Origin: Amoebophrya sp. A120
Lineage: Eukaryota > Protista > Dinoflagellata
NCBI GenBank assembly: GCA_905178155.1
Contig: CAJINV010000027.1
Coordinates: forward strand, 272,656 to 336,655
DNA length: 64,000 bases
Direction: 5' to 3'
Under the pieces are notes generated by a model. The model ran no database searches, was not told the DNA's origin, and was given only the letters and a program-made list of their open reading frames with translations. Position numbers and translations under genes: made by a program. Positions within the stretch are counted from its first letter, which is position 1. Each line of letters begins with the position of its first letter. Positions 1 through 11,700 of this stretch are shown in pieces.

Positions 1-1381
1 AGGAAAAGGGTGGGAGCACTAGCAGCGAGGCGCAGGCCGCTAAGGCGACGCCTTCTCTCGCAAAGGAGTGCAGCACGGGGCAGCTGCCAGTGCAACTGAA
101 AGGGCAGAACAACACAAGGGAGGCGGCTAGGGTCGAGCAGAAGCAGGCATCTGTAAACGCATCGGCAAAGCATGCTAAACCTTTTGGCGGGCCCTTAGGG
201 GTAGAGGTGGGTAAGTTCCAGAGACTACTAGATGTTGTCCATCTGATGGAGCCAGCCAGCAGCGGGGACCACCAAGAAACGAAGGGGGACAGGTTGGAGC
301 GCGAACAACTTTCGCCCAGGAGCTGGGGCGAGATGTTGCGAAGAGTTACAGGCAAGAAGAAGGAGGAATTGCGAGTAGAGTACATACTCGGCGTCTAGCT
401 GTGTCAGTGCCTGCGCTACACAGGCGCAGCATTTTGAACCACTGAAACGCTACACACTCAGACACAAAAGCTATGCCAAACCACTCAGACTTTTCTTTTC
501 TTCGTGAGCAGTCACGTCAAAAACTCAGACTTTTCTTTTCTTTACAGACCGTAACGCAAGAACGAAAAAAGAGCAGAAGTGTAATACTTACTAGAGGGCA
601 CTCCAGCCCCTGCCCGTTGCTACATAAGCAGTTGGGTTCGACTCAGCAGCGAGGCCGCATTTGTGTGCGGCGGATGATTCAGTGCCAGCTGGTCTTCGCG
701 TGTTCTGCAACAGAAGCTAAGTGGTGGGTATGAGATGGAACGACGAATCATGCACAGTAATCGGGTATGAAGGGGATTGCCGGTCACCCTTAAGTGGTAA
801 GTTCCGAGACGATTCCGGTTTATGATCCCGGTCCCCCCTCCCACCCTTTGCTTCTGTTGCAGAATGAGTCAAGCTGAGTCACTACGGCTGCCACGCACAA
901 ATTAAGCCTTTAAGTTGTCGCTGTGCCCCAGGTGGGTTGCCAGTCAGCAGTGCCAGACAACTGGTCAATGGTTTGACAACTGTGGCCCGCTCGCTTGCCT
1001 TTTTCGTCCGTGCCGCAGGTAAGGCGCAAACGGTCCAGCCTCCCCTGTCTGGGCGGGGCTGCGGCTTAGGGGAGAGTCTCGCCCCTTCACCCAAAGGGGT
1101 ACGTCGTCTCTTCCGTGAGAACAAAAACGTAGGGCGTAAAATGGGTCGGGTCCTGGATCATTCTGTATGTTGGGCTGTCGCGCTCGGCTTGCTGGCCGGG
1201 CTGTACCGATCAGGTGTGGTGGGTAGCTCCCGACTGGTTGGCACCTTTCTTGGGGCGACTTGCCGTGGTAGCGCTCGGCTTTTGTATGATGAGGTCGCCG
1301 AAAGTGCTTCCTCGCCCACCCCCCGGGGAGGGGATTCTTGACCTGTGGCGCTGGGAGCGGGTGTCCACTACATGATGATGA

Positions 1382-1596
1382 TGATGCGGACTCCCACGAA
1401 AGCCATTTTCCATTCGTTTTTTGGAATTTGTAATGCTAGAATCAGCATACTGTGCGAGATCTGTGATGCTTCTGAACTAGCTAAACAGGATTACACTACG
1501 CGGACAAATTTGTCATGCCAAACAACCAAAGCTGGCTGATTTGTCTAGCAGATTTCCCATCTTGACTCTGGTGTGGGGACGTTTTTACTCAGAATA
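1382..1596. mobile_element. Introner family B, right portion only
   Basis: Ends gtggggacgtttttactcagaata like the 27388-27666 copy; no left TIR in the window. Confidence 0.7.
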
Positions 1597-1669
1597 GCCC
1601 ACAGCAAAGTATGTGTGTGGCTGCGCCGCAGAGCGCCGCACCTACAATCAATGCAAGATGAAGCGGCGT

Positions 1670-1988
1670 TATCAAAAGGAAAAATCCCCCCTCCCCATAT
1701 CAAAACGAAGTTTCTGATGCAGGATTTGCGTACACAAATCAGATTTGTCTTGCTGGAGAGGAATACAGGCCCATACTCAGCCCAAGTAGAGAGATTTTGT
1801 ACTAGGCGTCTAGAATGAGGAACGTCCATGCTGTAGGCCCATTAGCATCACAAATCACCTGCACAATGCTGCGGAGCTTGTGGAGTTGCCCTCTTTCAAG
1901 ACCGACGTGATTTGTGGTCTCAAATCAGCAATACAAATTTGGAAAAATACCTTTTTGATATGGGGAGAAGGGATTTTTCCTCTTAATA
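1670..1988. mobile_element. Introner family C
   Basis: TIR tatcaaaaggaaaaatcccc / gggatttttcctcttaata; TSD ggcgt/agcgt. Confidence 0.85.
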
Positions 1989-2353
1989 AGCGTCGTCGCG
2001 TCACATGTCGTCGCGGGCGGCGGCCCGGTGCTACGCAAGCCGACTAAGGGGTCCGGTAGGCTGGGCGCCAGTTCTCGTATCAATATGAAGAAGTGGCTCA
2101 CCCCTAGAAATTGCAAGAGGTTTCCATGATGCACTAATTTCTCATGCTTAGAAAACTAATGAAACATATCACAGTCTGCGTATGCAAAAGCTATATCATG
2201 CAGAGGTGTGCCAGATGGAATCAAATTTTCTCGTGTAAGTAAAAATACTTGCAATGCCGGAAACGCATCTTTCTTCTAGGGTAGAGGCACTTTTTCACGT
2301 GGAAAGTATCCCGCGTAACAGTACCGTTCGCGTTGTTGTTGCCTCGTCCACCC

Positions 2354-2695
2354 TATCAAATGCAAATATGTCTGGGTCTGGAAATCTGTGATGTTGAATT
2401 GAGCGTGATTAAACTTGAAGCGCTTGCAGTGGCAGCCAGGCATTACAAGTTTTGGAGACGCCTGCTGATGCCTACTTACCACACATCGCAAACTGCGTTT
2501 TTGCATGACAAAACAAGCTGCTTGCGGCCGAAGCTGCTTGCGGCGACGGTGCAAAGGTTTTTTATGTGGTGCAGTCGGGTATGCATGACAAAACAAGCTC
2601 CTCTTTTGCTGCTCATGCAACACAGCTTTTCCAGGAATGCAAAACACGCATCACAAGTTCCACTTTTCCAGACCCAGACATTTTTGCATTTGATA
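2354..2695. mobile_element. Introner family A
   Basis: 30-bp TIR tatcaaatgcaaatatgtctgggtctggaa; perfect TSD caccc. Confidence 0.93.
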
Positions 2696-2719
2696 CACCC
2701 GGAGTACCAATCGTGGAAA

Positions 2720-5700
2720 ATGCGGGGCATCGGGAGCAGCATGACGAGTATGCTGCGCTATCCAAGAAAAAAACGTTTTTAGTGTAAAGTTGTGATGCGC
2801 AGCATGCAAGATGATTGCGTCTCTCATGCTTGGCATGCCTCGTAGGGTCCATTAAAGGGCGTTTTCACGTACTATCTGCGCATGCCAGGTTTTTACTATC
2901 ATGCCAGACAAATTTGTAATGCTGTTCCTCCAAAAAAGTTACACCTACAATGCTTTTTTCTTGGATATGCGCTGGCGCAACTCCAGCGCGACGCCCCTGC
3001 AGGCCCAACTGAAGGAGGCGCTAAACAACAATAACTGGGGCTGTAGCATATTGTGAGGAAAATGAATCCGCGAGAACCGTATTCGATTTGGCATTTGTGT
3101 TGCTGGATTTTTAATACCTGTCCTCCGTCCGCTGAATCAGCATGAGAGAAAAAATCTTAATCTGAATATGGAAACGAGGTGGATTTTTCCTTGTGATATG
3201 GCAACACGATTCTCTACGACATCGCCAACCAAAGCAACTATTATCCAGCGTAAAAAAACTGTATCCTAAAACTACCTGAGTTGTCATGCATATAATGCAG
3301 CAGGAGTCTTTCTATGCGGCTTTTCCGCCCAGAGATACAACTCTCGTCCAAGTGTGCTGCAGACGATTTTGTTATGCAACATGCTCTCGTCACAAGAAGC
3401 AAAAGATGGGGCTGTACTAGGGAATAAGCAGTGCGTGTGCGCTGTGTATCCAAAGTTGCCCTTTGTGAGTCCAAAAACCTCTGCACAATCAGTCCAGCAC
3501 ATCAAGCCGCATCTTGAATCGGGGTTGTTCTTGGAAAAATTTTTACGTAGGGGTCCGGCGAAAATCCTCCTCTGCACGATATGCGGGCGTTCCTTGGCCA
3601 AAAGACTGCCGGGCATCGTTTGCATTTCCAGCTGGAAAATGCTGAGGGACCCGGAAGGAGGGTTTGCAAATGTCCTCCTCCGCACCGTATGGGGGCTTTC
3701 CTGGGCCCAAAAACTGGGCGACGTTTGGATTTGAGGGGGGAAATGCTTAGCGACTCGGAAGGGGGGTTGCAAAAATGCTCCCCGGCAAGGTATGCGGCCC
3801 CTTTTTGGCCCAAAAAGTGGCCGGCCTTTCGTCTCCAGCTGCAAAGGGTTGGGCACTCGGAAGGGGAGGTTGCGAAAATCGTCCCCCGCACGTTCTGCGG
3901 GCTTCAGGCGGTTTGTACTGCTTTCCGAAACCTTTTGTGTCAAGGTCGAGTGCCCGATCATGAGGCCCGCCCGATGTTATGGTCAGCAATAACCGGCTGT
4001 CCATATTGGCCTGCAAGGCGAAACGCTCACCGGGTGAGCGTTTCGCCTAAGAAGTCCATATTGGGATCTTTCCCACCACAGCACACCGTCGTGCTTCTGG
4101 CTGTTTGTGCTGCCTTTTGAAACCTTTTTTTGCCAAGTTCGAGCGCCCTTTCGTGAGGCCCGCCCGACGCTATGATCGACACAAGCCGATTATCCATATG
4201 GACCCTCAAGGCGAAACGCTCACTCGGTGAGCGTTTCGCCTAAGAAGTCTATATTGGGATCTTTCCCACTACAGCATACCGTCGTGCTTCTGGCTTGTTG
4301 TTGCTGCTTTTTGAAACCTATTCTGCCACTTTCGAGCGCCCTTTCTTGGGGCCCGCCCGACGCTATGGTCGACACAGGCCGACTATCTATATGGGCCTCC
4401 AAGGCGAAACGCTCACCGGGTGAGCGTTTCGCCTAAGAAGTCTATATTCGGATCGTTCCCACTGCAGCATGCCGTCGTGCTTCTGGATATTTGTGCTGCT
4501 TTTTGAAACCTATTCTGCCAAGTTCGAGTGCCCTTTCGTGAGGCCCGCCCGACGCTATGGTCGACACAGGCCGATTATCTATATGGGCCTCCAAGGCGAA
4601 ACGCTCACCGGGTGAGCGTTTCGCCTAAGAAGTCTATATTGGGATCTTTCCCACTGCAGCATACCGTCGTGCTTCTGGGTATTTGTGCTGCTTTTTGAAA
4701 CTTTTTTTTGCCAAGTTCGAGTGCTCTTTCTTGAGGCCCGCCCGATGCTAAGGGCGACACAGGCCGATTATTCATATGGGCCTCCAAGCCGCATCTTGAC
4801 TCTGGGTTGTTCTTGGAAACATTTTTACGCAGGATAACCACCAGCTGCAGCCGATCTTGGAGGCTATCAACCAGGTATTTAGGGGAGAGTGCATAGACAA
4901 AATGATGATCCTGTCAAGTGCATTCTATGGGACGAGCTGCAAGACAAATTATTGACTTCATTTTTCTGTAACGCATGGACAGTAGCTCCGAACTTGTGTT
5001 TCTACTGCATAAAGATGTCAAGAGCAAGAAATTTGTATTGCATGAACACGGGTTGTTCCCACCTTCATATTATTCCCACCTCCTCATCATCAAAAACTCG
5101 TTTTCTCAGGCGTTGGCCGAGCGTGACGGACGACGATGGAGGCGTGTGTGGAAGGCGCTGAACTTATCACAGGAAGAAAGTCCTTCTCCTCCGTGGTATA
5201 CTAAATGCAAAACGGAAAAAATCTTTGTCGTGCTGATTTGTCATCTTCAGAAGCCCCACTTTGCGGGCGGCCCACTTGGCATCGGTCATTTAACGTGCCA
5301 TTCTGGGATTCGTAGCCTTCTCCTGTCGTGGAGAGCTGGCAAATAGGTACTAACCCCTTCGTCCCATGGCATCATGACAAAATGATTTGTGTACACAAAT
5401 TTCGCAGCAGAAGTTTCCGTTTGGGTAGTGGGGGGAGGATTTTTCATTTTGACAAAACTTGATCGAAATCATCTTGAAGCACGGCGAAAATCCGATGTTC
5501 GAGGAGAGCATGAAGGCAGACCAGTATCCTGTGTAAAAACGCCCCTACCCCAGAGTTGTCATGCAAAATGGCATCCCTGAAATGTTTCTTATGCACGACG
5601 CCATGTTGAGGAGCATTTTGTAATGCTATCTGGAAGTTTGTCATGCTGAAATGAGGACAAGGTAGCCAATTTGTCGTGCGGTTGCACTAGCTAAACACGT

Positions 5701-8700
5701 TTACACTACGATGCCAAACTTGTCATGCGTGACTGCCAGAATTTCTGGACTTGTGTTGCAAATTTCCCATCTTGACTTTGTCGTGGGGACGTTTCTACGC
5801 AGGATAACCAGTGGCGAGTAATCTACTTTCTCGACTGGCGCTTACGGAAATGAAAATCCCTTCTCTCCTATCAAATGTAAAAATGTCTGGGTCTGGATGA
5901 AGATTGCAACTTGTGATGCTGTCTCTGCATTATACAAAAATGTGTATTGCATGACCAGCAAGAGGGCTCCAGTTTGTGCTACATGGAGAGGGTATTTCTC
6001 ATGCGGGATAGGCATCAGAAAGCCCGCTAAAAATCTGTGATGCCAGGTTACGCATTACAGGCGTCATGTGTCATGTAAAATCTGCATGACATCCAGACCC
6101 AGACATTTTTACATTTGATATCTCCAAATTCAAAACACGAAGGATTTCTCTTGCTGGACTTGTATATAGCAATCAGCTTTGTGGTCGAGCGCCCGGGGAT
6201 ACTCAGCAAACCCGGTCGCCTCGGTCTGTTTAGGTGCATTGGGCAGTGCAGCTGTTGAGCCCCCTTAACCGGCTCGGTGTCTCCTAGTACTTTCCTTCTG
6301 TCATGCAAGAGAAATAAGCTACTTGTTTTATACGCATTTTTTACAAACCAACACATCTAAACAAATTTCCACTCAGAACAATATGGGGGGGGAGATTTTT
6401 TTTTCCTGCCACAGCGCTACCAGGAGAACCAGAAGGACGTCACTGCGGGGATCCGTGACAAGGCCAAAAAGATTATCCCTGTGTAAAAATGTTGTGGCCC
6501 TAGATTTGTCATGCATATTTCCACGCCGCTGCCCAGGACGCTTCTCATGCTCAGCTGCATGAGAAGCGTTGTGTTCTCGTGGTGTTGTGGAAAAATTTGT
6601 CATGCCTTATACAGGACGAATTGGTGAATTTGTGATGCGACTAGCATAGCCATTCTTGTTACTCAGGATAAAGATCCAGCAGTTGTTGCAGGACCCGGAC
6701 CTGCTGCGAAAGGAGCGGGCGGATGCGCGACAGATCGCGAACAAGCTGCAGCTATGCATTGCAAATATCGATCTGGGTCCGGAATAAAGGTGGAACTTGT
6801 AATGCTGCTCCTACATGCGTGCGAAATCTGTATTGCATGACCAACAAATTATGTCGTAGCCTGTTTCATCTAATCCGGACTGCGTACGAGAACGCGTTCT
6901 GGAAACTTGTCATGCTTGTCTACATTCGGAAGTGTTTTCATCATGCACAGTTCAGCATCACAAATCTCCAGACCCACAAATATTTGCAGTTGATAGCAGC
7001 CGCCCTCGATGTCAGGCGGCGGTGGCGGCGGGATGCCGCAAAGCGGCTTGGCTGCAGGCCCCGGGCCATATCGCAAGAAAAAACTGTTTCACTGTGAACT
7101 TGTGATGCATACAATGGAACACAGAAGTATTTGTCTTGCCACACATGCAAGAAAGTGGATTTTTAGCTGTGTTTTCCCTTAGGAAGCTTGCGTGGCAAAT
7201 TTTTTCTGTCACGTAGAACGAACTTGTCATGCAAAACCTGCAAAATCATCACAGTGAAACAGTTTTTTCGTACGATAGGCCAGGCTACGGAAATAATGCA
7301 GGTTCGAGCTACAACGACGGCTATGGCAACAGTGCGTCGGTGTCGTACGGCTACGGCCCGACGACCACGGGAAGTGGCCTCTACGGCACCACGCAAGAAC
7401 CGATGTCAGGAGGGAGACCAGTGGACCGACCAGACTACAGCTTTCGGGCTTACGACCGCGATTTTTTGGGCGCCGGCCGTCCGGAAACCACGACGTTTCA
7501 GTCTTCCTACGCCGCCTCTGGTGCGCCGCCGTCGCTCCAGGTACCACCACCTAGTTCGGCGTCCCGAGCATTGCGACGCGACGTTCCGGAACCAAATCCA
7601 GCAGAGCCGAGTACTTCTAGCGCGGGTAATTGTCTATGTCTACAAAACATATGCAAAAATTCAGCGGTGTGCGTTTTTGTCATGTGTGTCTTGTGTCAGG
7701 TGTATGTAGTTTGATAAATGTACTAGTCTTTGTCACTACGTCGCTGAAAGAGAGTAAAAATGACACGCATGATTGATAAAAATTTTCAGATTCGCGAAGA
7801 CGGGTTGTCCAGGTTTGCGGGTGTACAGAAACGGAAGCGGATTATCATGTGAGAAATATCATAGTTGCTGGCTTGCATTTTGATGTTGTGCATGCAATTT
7901 TGAATTACAAGTCTTCGCCTTCGCGAGGAAAAGATTTTAATTTCTCATGCAGTTCTACTCCGTCACCAATTTGTTTCTTCAATCTATAGGAAAGAACAAA
8001 CCTTTTGTGCTTGCTATTTTTTGTGCAGCATTTTACAAGCGTCTTTGATGACAAAATGTACTGTCGCACGCTGGCTTCTTTCTCCGCTATCCCAGCCGAT
8101 TGCTGCGCGCGGCAGACGGAAACGTGGAGGACGCGTGCAACAAATTTTTTGCCCAGGCCAACAACGAGCCCGAGCTCGAGGCGCCACGAAGTGCCCAGGA
8201 CCAGCGGGATTCGGGGCCAGCCTCTTCCGACGAAGACGAGGAATTGGACGAGATGCCGAGCGGTAACGACTCGTCAGAGCCGGACCATAGTCCGGAGGTC
8301 GGTCCGCGTCATTACGCACAGCGAAAATGTCTGGGTCTGCGAAAAATGGAGTTTGTCATGCTATGTTTCGATCACGCAAAATGTTGTATTGCATGAGCAG
8401 GGGCAAAAAATCTGTGAAACTAGAGCATACTAGCTTGACGAAAATCGCGGGTCATCATGTAAAATCTGCATGACAAACTCCTCCAATTTTCCAGACGCAG
8501 ACATATTTGCACTGCATTGTGGTCTCCAACCCCAGATGTCAGGACAAGTAATGCCACCGCAGCATACCAATGCTTCGCAACCAGCGACGTGGGACCAGCA
8601 ACAGCGGGCACAGCAAGCGGCCAATATGCATTGCAAATACAGCTAGGTCTGGAAATAGACTGCGGATTTGTGTCATGTAGCTCTTGGACCACAAAAATGG

Positions 8701-11700
8701 AAAAAGCAACACGGGTCTTGCAACGACTTCTCCAAGCCTTTTTGCGTAGCAACAAGTAGGCAGCTTTTGGCGGTCTTGCAACACAGATTTTTGTGTGCGC
8801 GTCCCGAGCAAGCATCGCAAATTCGCTTCTTGCCTGACCCAGAGATGTTTGCAATGAATAGGCAGCGTCCGGCAGCAGCCGCAGGTACCGATGGAGCAGC
8901 GGCATATGAAATGCAAATATGTCTGGGTCTGGGAGTTTCTAAACTTGTGATGCTGTGTCTGGATTCCAAGAAAATTTGTATTGCATGACCAGCAAGAGGA
9001 CTCCAGTTTGTGCTACGCGGACGAGAGGACATTTCTCATGCGGTGCTGGCATCACAAAGCCCTCGCAAAATCTGTGATGCTAGAGGATCCATCACAGACA
9101 TCACGGGTCATTCAAAATATGCATGACAAACCTGGCAATCTTCGAGACCCAGACATGTTTGCATTTGATACGGCAGCAGCCAGCGCAACAGGGGGCGAGC
9201 CGCCAGTTTTCCCAGCCGTCAGGGTCGCAGCAGTACGGTACCGCGCTGGATGCACAAACTGGTATCAAATGTAAAAATGTCTGGTTCTGGAAGGATGCAA
9301 CTTGTAATGCTATTTTTGGATTCTAAAAAAATCTGTGTTGCATGACAGGCAATAGGAGTCCAGTCTTTGCCACGTGGAGAGGGCATTTCTCATGCAGGAT
9401 ATGCATCAAGACGCACTCAGAAAATCTGTGATGCTAGGGCATAGATCACAGCCGTCATGGGTCATGTCAGACGTGCATGACAAACAAGGTCATGGCGCGG
9501 GGACAGAGTCCCCGCGGCTGCGACCTTGCGGCTAAGAAGGGCCACCCGCGGTGGCTTTTCTTGCCCATTATGCGGCAGGTTTTTTTTTTGCGACAACACG
9601 GGGTGGCTTGGCGCTCGTGGTGCCGGCGCCCCCCTGGAACAGTGCGCCTTTTTCTGCGCCCCTGGGCGGGGCGCCCCCCCCCAAAGGACTACCCACGACC
9701 AACCGAGGGCGCGGCCGTCCGGGAGGTTGTTCTCCCGAACCAGGGCGCGCGGGCCTGTTTCTGCGCCCCTGGGCGGGGCGCCCCCCCCAAAGGACTACCC
9801 AAGACCAACCGAGGGCGCGGCCAGCCATACCAGGGCGCGTGGACCTGTTTCTGCGCCCCTGGGCGGGGCGCCCCCCCCCCAAAGGACTACCCACGACCAA
9901 CCGAGGGCGCGGCCGTCCTGGAGGCTGTTCTCCCGAACCAGGGCGCGCGGGCCTGTTTCTGCGCCCCTGGGCGGGGCGCCCCCCCCAAAGGACTACCCAA
10001 GACCAACCGAGGGCGCGGCCTTACCAGGGCTCGTGGACCTGTTTCTGCGCCCCTGGGCGGGGCGCCCCCCCCAAAGGACTACCCACGACCAACCGAGGGC
10101 GCGGCCCTCCTGGAGCCTGTTCTCCCGAACCAGGGTGGGCGCGCGGACCTGTTTCTGCGCCCCTGGGCGGGGCGCCCCCCCCAAAGGACTACCCACGACC
10201 AACCGAGGGCGCGGCCTTCCTGGAGCCTGTTCTCCCGAACCAGGGTGGGCGCGCGGACCTGTTTCTGCGCCCCTGGGCGGGGCGCCCCCCCCAAAGGACT
10301 ACCCACCCACGACCATGCGAGGGGGGGCGCGGCCACCTTCCTGGAGCCTGTTTTCCCGAACCAGGGCGCACAGAACTGTTTCTGCGCCCCTGGGCGGGGC
10401 GCCCCCCCAACAGGACTACCCACGACCAAGTGAGGGGGGGCGCGGCCTTCCTGGGGGCTGTTAGTTCGCTTCGCACTCCCGAATCAGGCCGCGCGGACCT
10501 GTTTCTGCGCCCCTGGGCGGGGTGCCCCCCCCAATGAATAGGCAGCCAACCTTTGGCCGCCGGGGTCGGGCCTGACTCTTGAAAAGTGGCCCCCGGGGCC
10601 GGGTGTTCCTTTTCCGAAGTCAGGCGGGGGGCATATTTTGGGTTGTGCAGGAGGTTTTTCTTTTTGCCGGTTCGGGTCGTGTTTGATACCCCGGAACAGG
10701 GGTCGGAACATACTCCGCAACACACCCCAGAACACACCCCGAAACACACCTCAGACCATGCCCCGAAAGCCACTCTCCGAAAGTCAGGTCCGGGGTCGGA
10801 CCCGACTCCCTAAAAGTGACCTCCGGGGCCGGGTGTCACTTTTCCGGAGTCAGGTGTGGGGTATGTTTTGGGGGGTGCAGGACGTTTCTGCCGATTCAGG
10901 TCGTGATTGATACCCCGGAACATGGGTCGGAACATACCCCCGAACACCCCCCGAAAACTCATTTTTGGGCAGTTGCTGCAGTTCAAATAGTAATCTTCCA
11001 ATCTTCCAGACCCACACGCTTTTACACTTGATAACTGGTACGTATAGCGGATTCTCGCAGTCGCAGCAGCAAGCTCAGAGTCGTGCACCCTACAGCCAGT
11101 ACGGGCAGAATTTGGGTACTACCAATCCGCTGGCACAGAATCTCTCCATCGGCGGCTCGCAGGTTATCAAAATGAAAAGCGCAGCCCCGTCTCCGGACTC
11201 GTTTCAAATGTTTGCGCTGCAAAGTTTTCAAGTGGGCGGGCTTTGTCGTGTATGCTCGGAATAAAATTCCAGTTGCTACAATATGCAAGGCTTCCGGAAT
11301 ATTATCATTTAGGAAAATTTGCAATGCAAATGTGTCCACGTGCTTCGGTCGCGAGGGCAGTTTTTATTCTGATACAGGTGCAGCAAAATCAGCTGCCATA
11401 CAACTCGACGCAATCGGCCACACTACACCCCTCTGGTATGCAAGTACCCATGGGCCAATCGGGTCCGCAACAAGGCACTGGTATCGACTGCAAATATGTC
11501 TCGGTCTGGGTAAGAGCACGCGAACTTGTCATGCTGGGTATATAGCATGACAAAGCAATGTTTTATAGAGCATGAACGCATCACAAATCTTTCGGCTGTT
11601 GTTGCAAGGTGAGTCGTGTTTTGCATGACAAACTCCCTCTTCGAGCATGACAGAAAAAATGGTCACTCCTATTCAGGCATCACAAATCTTCTTATGCTTC

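Noticed and set aside
1597-3048. Minus-strand gene from joined segments (…MLLPMPRIFHDWYSGWTRQ…)
   Set aside because: The + strand of the same exons gives a clear ENTH domain; the minus frame is its shadow.
9477-10773. 300-aa ORFs in several frames
   Set aside because: Artefacts of a GC-rich tandem repeat inside an intron.
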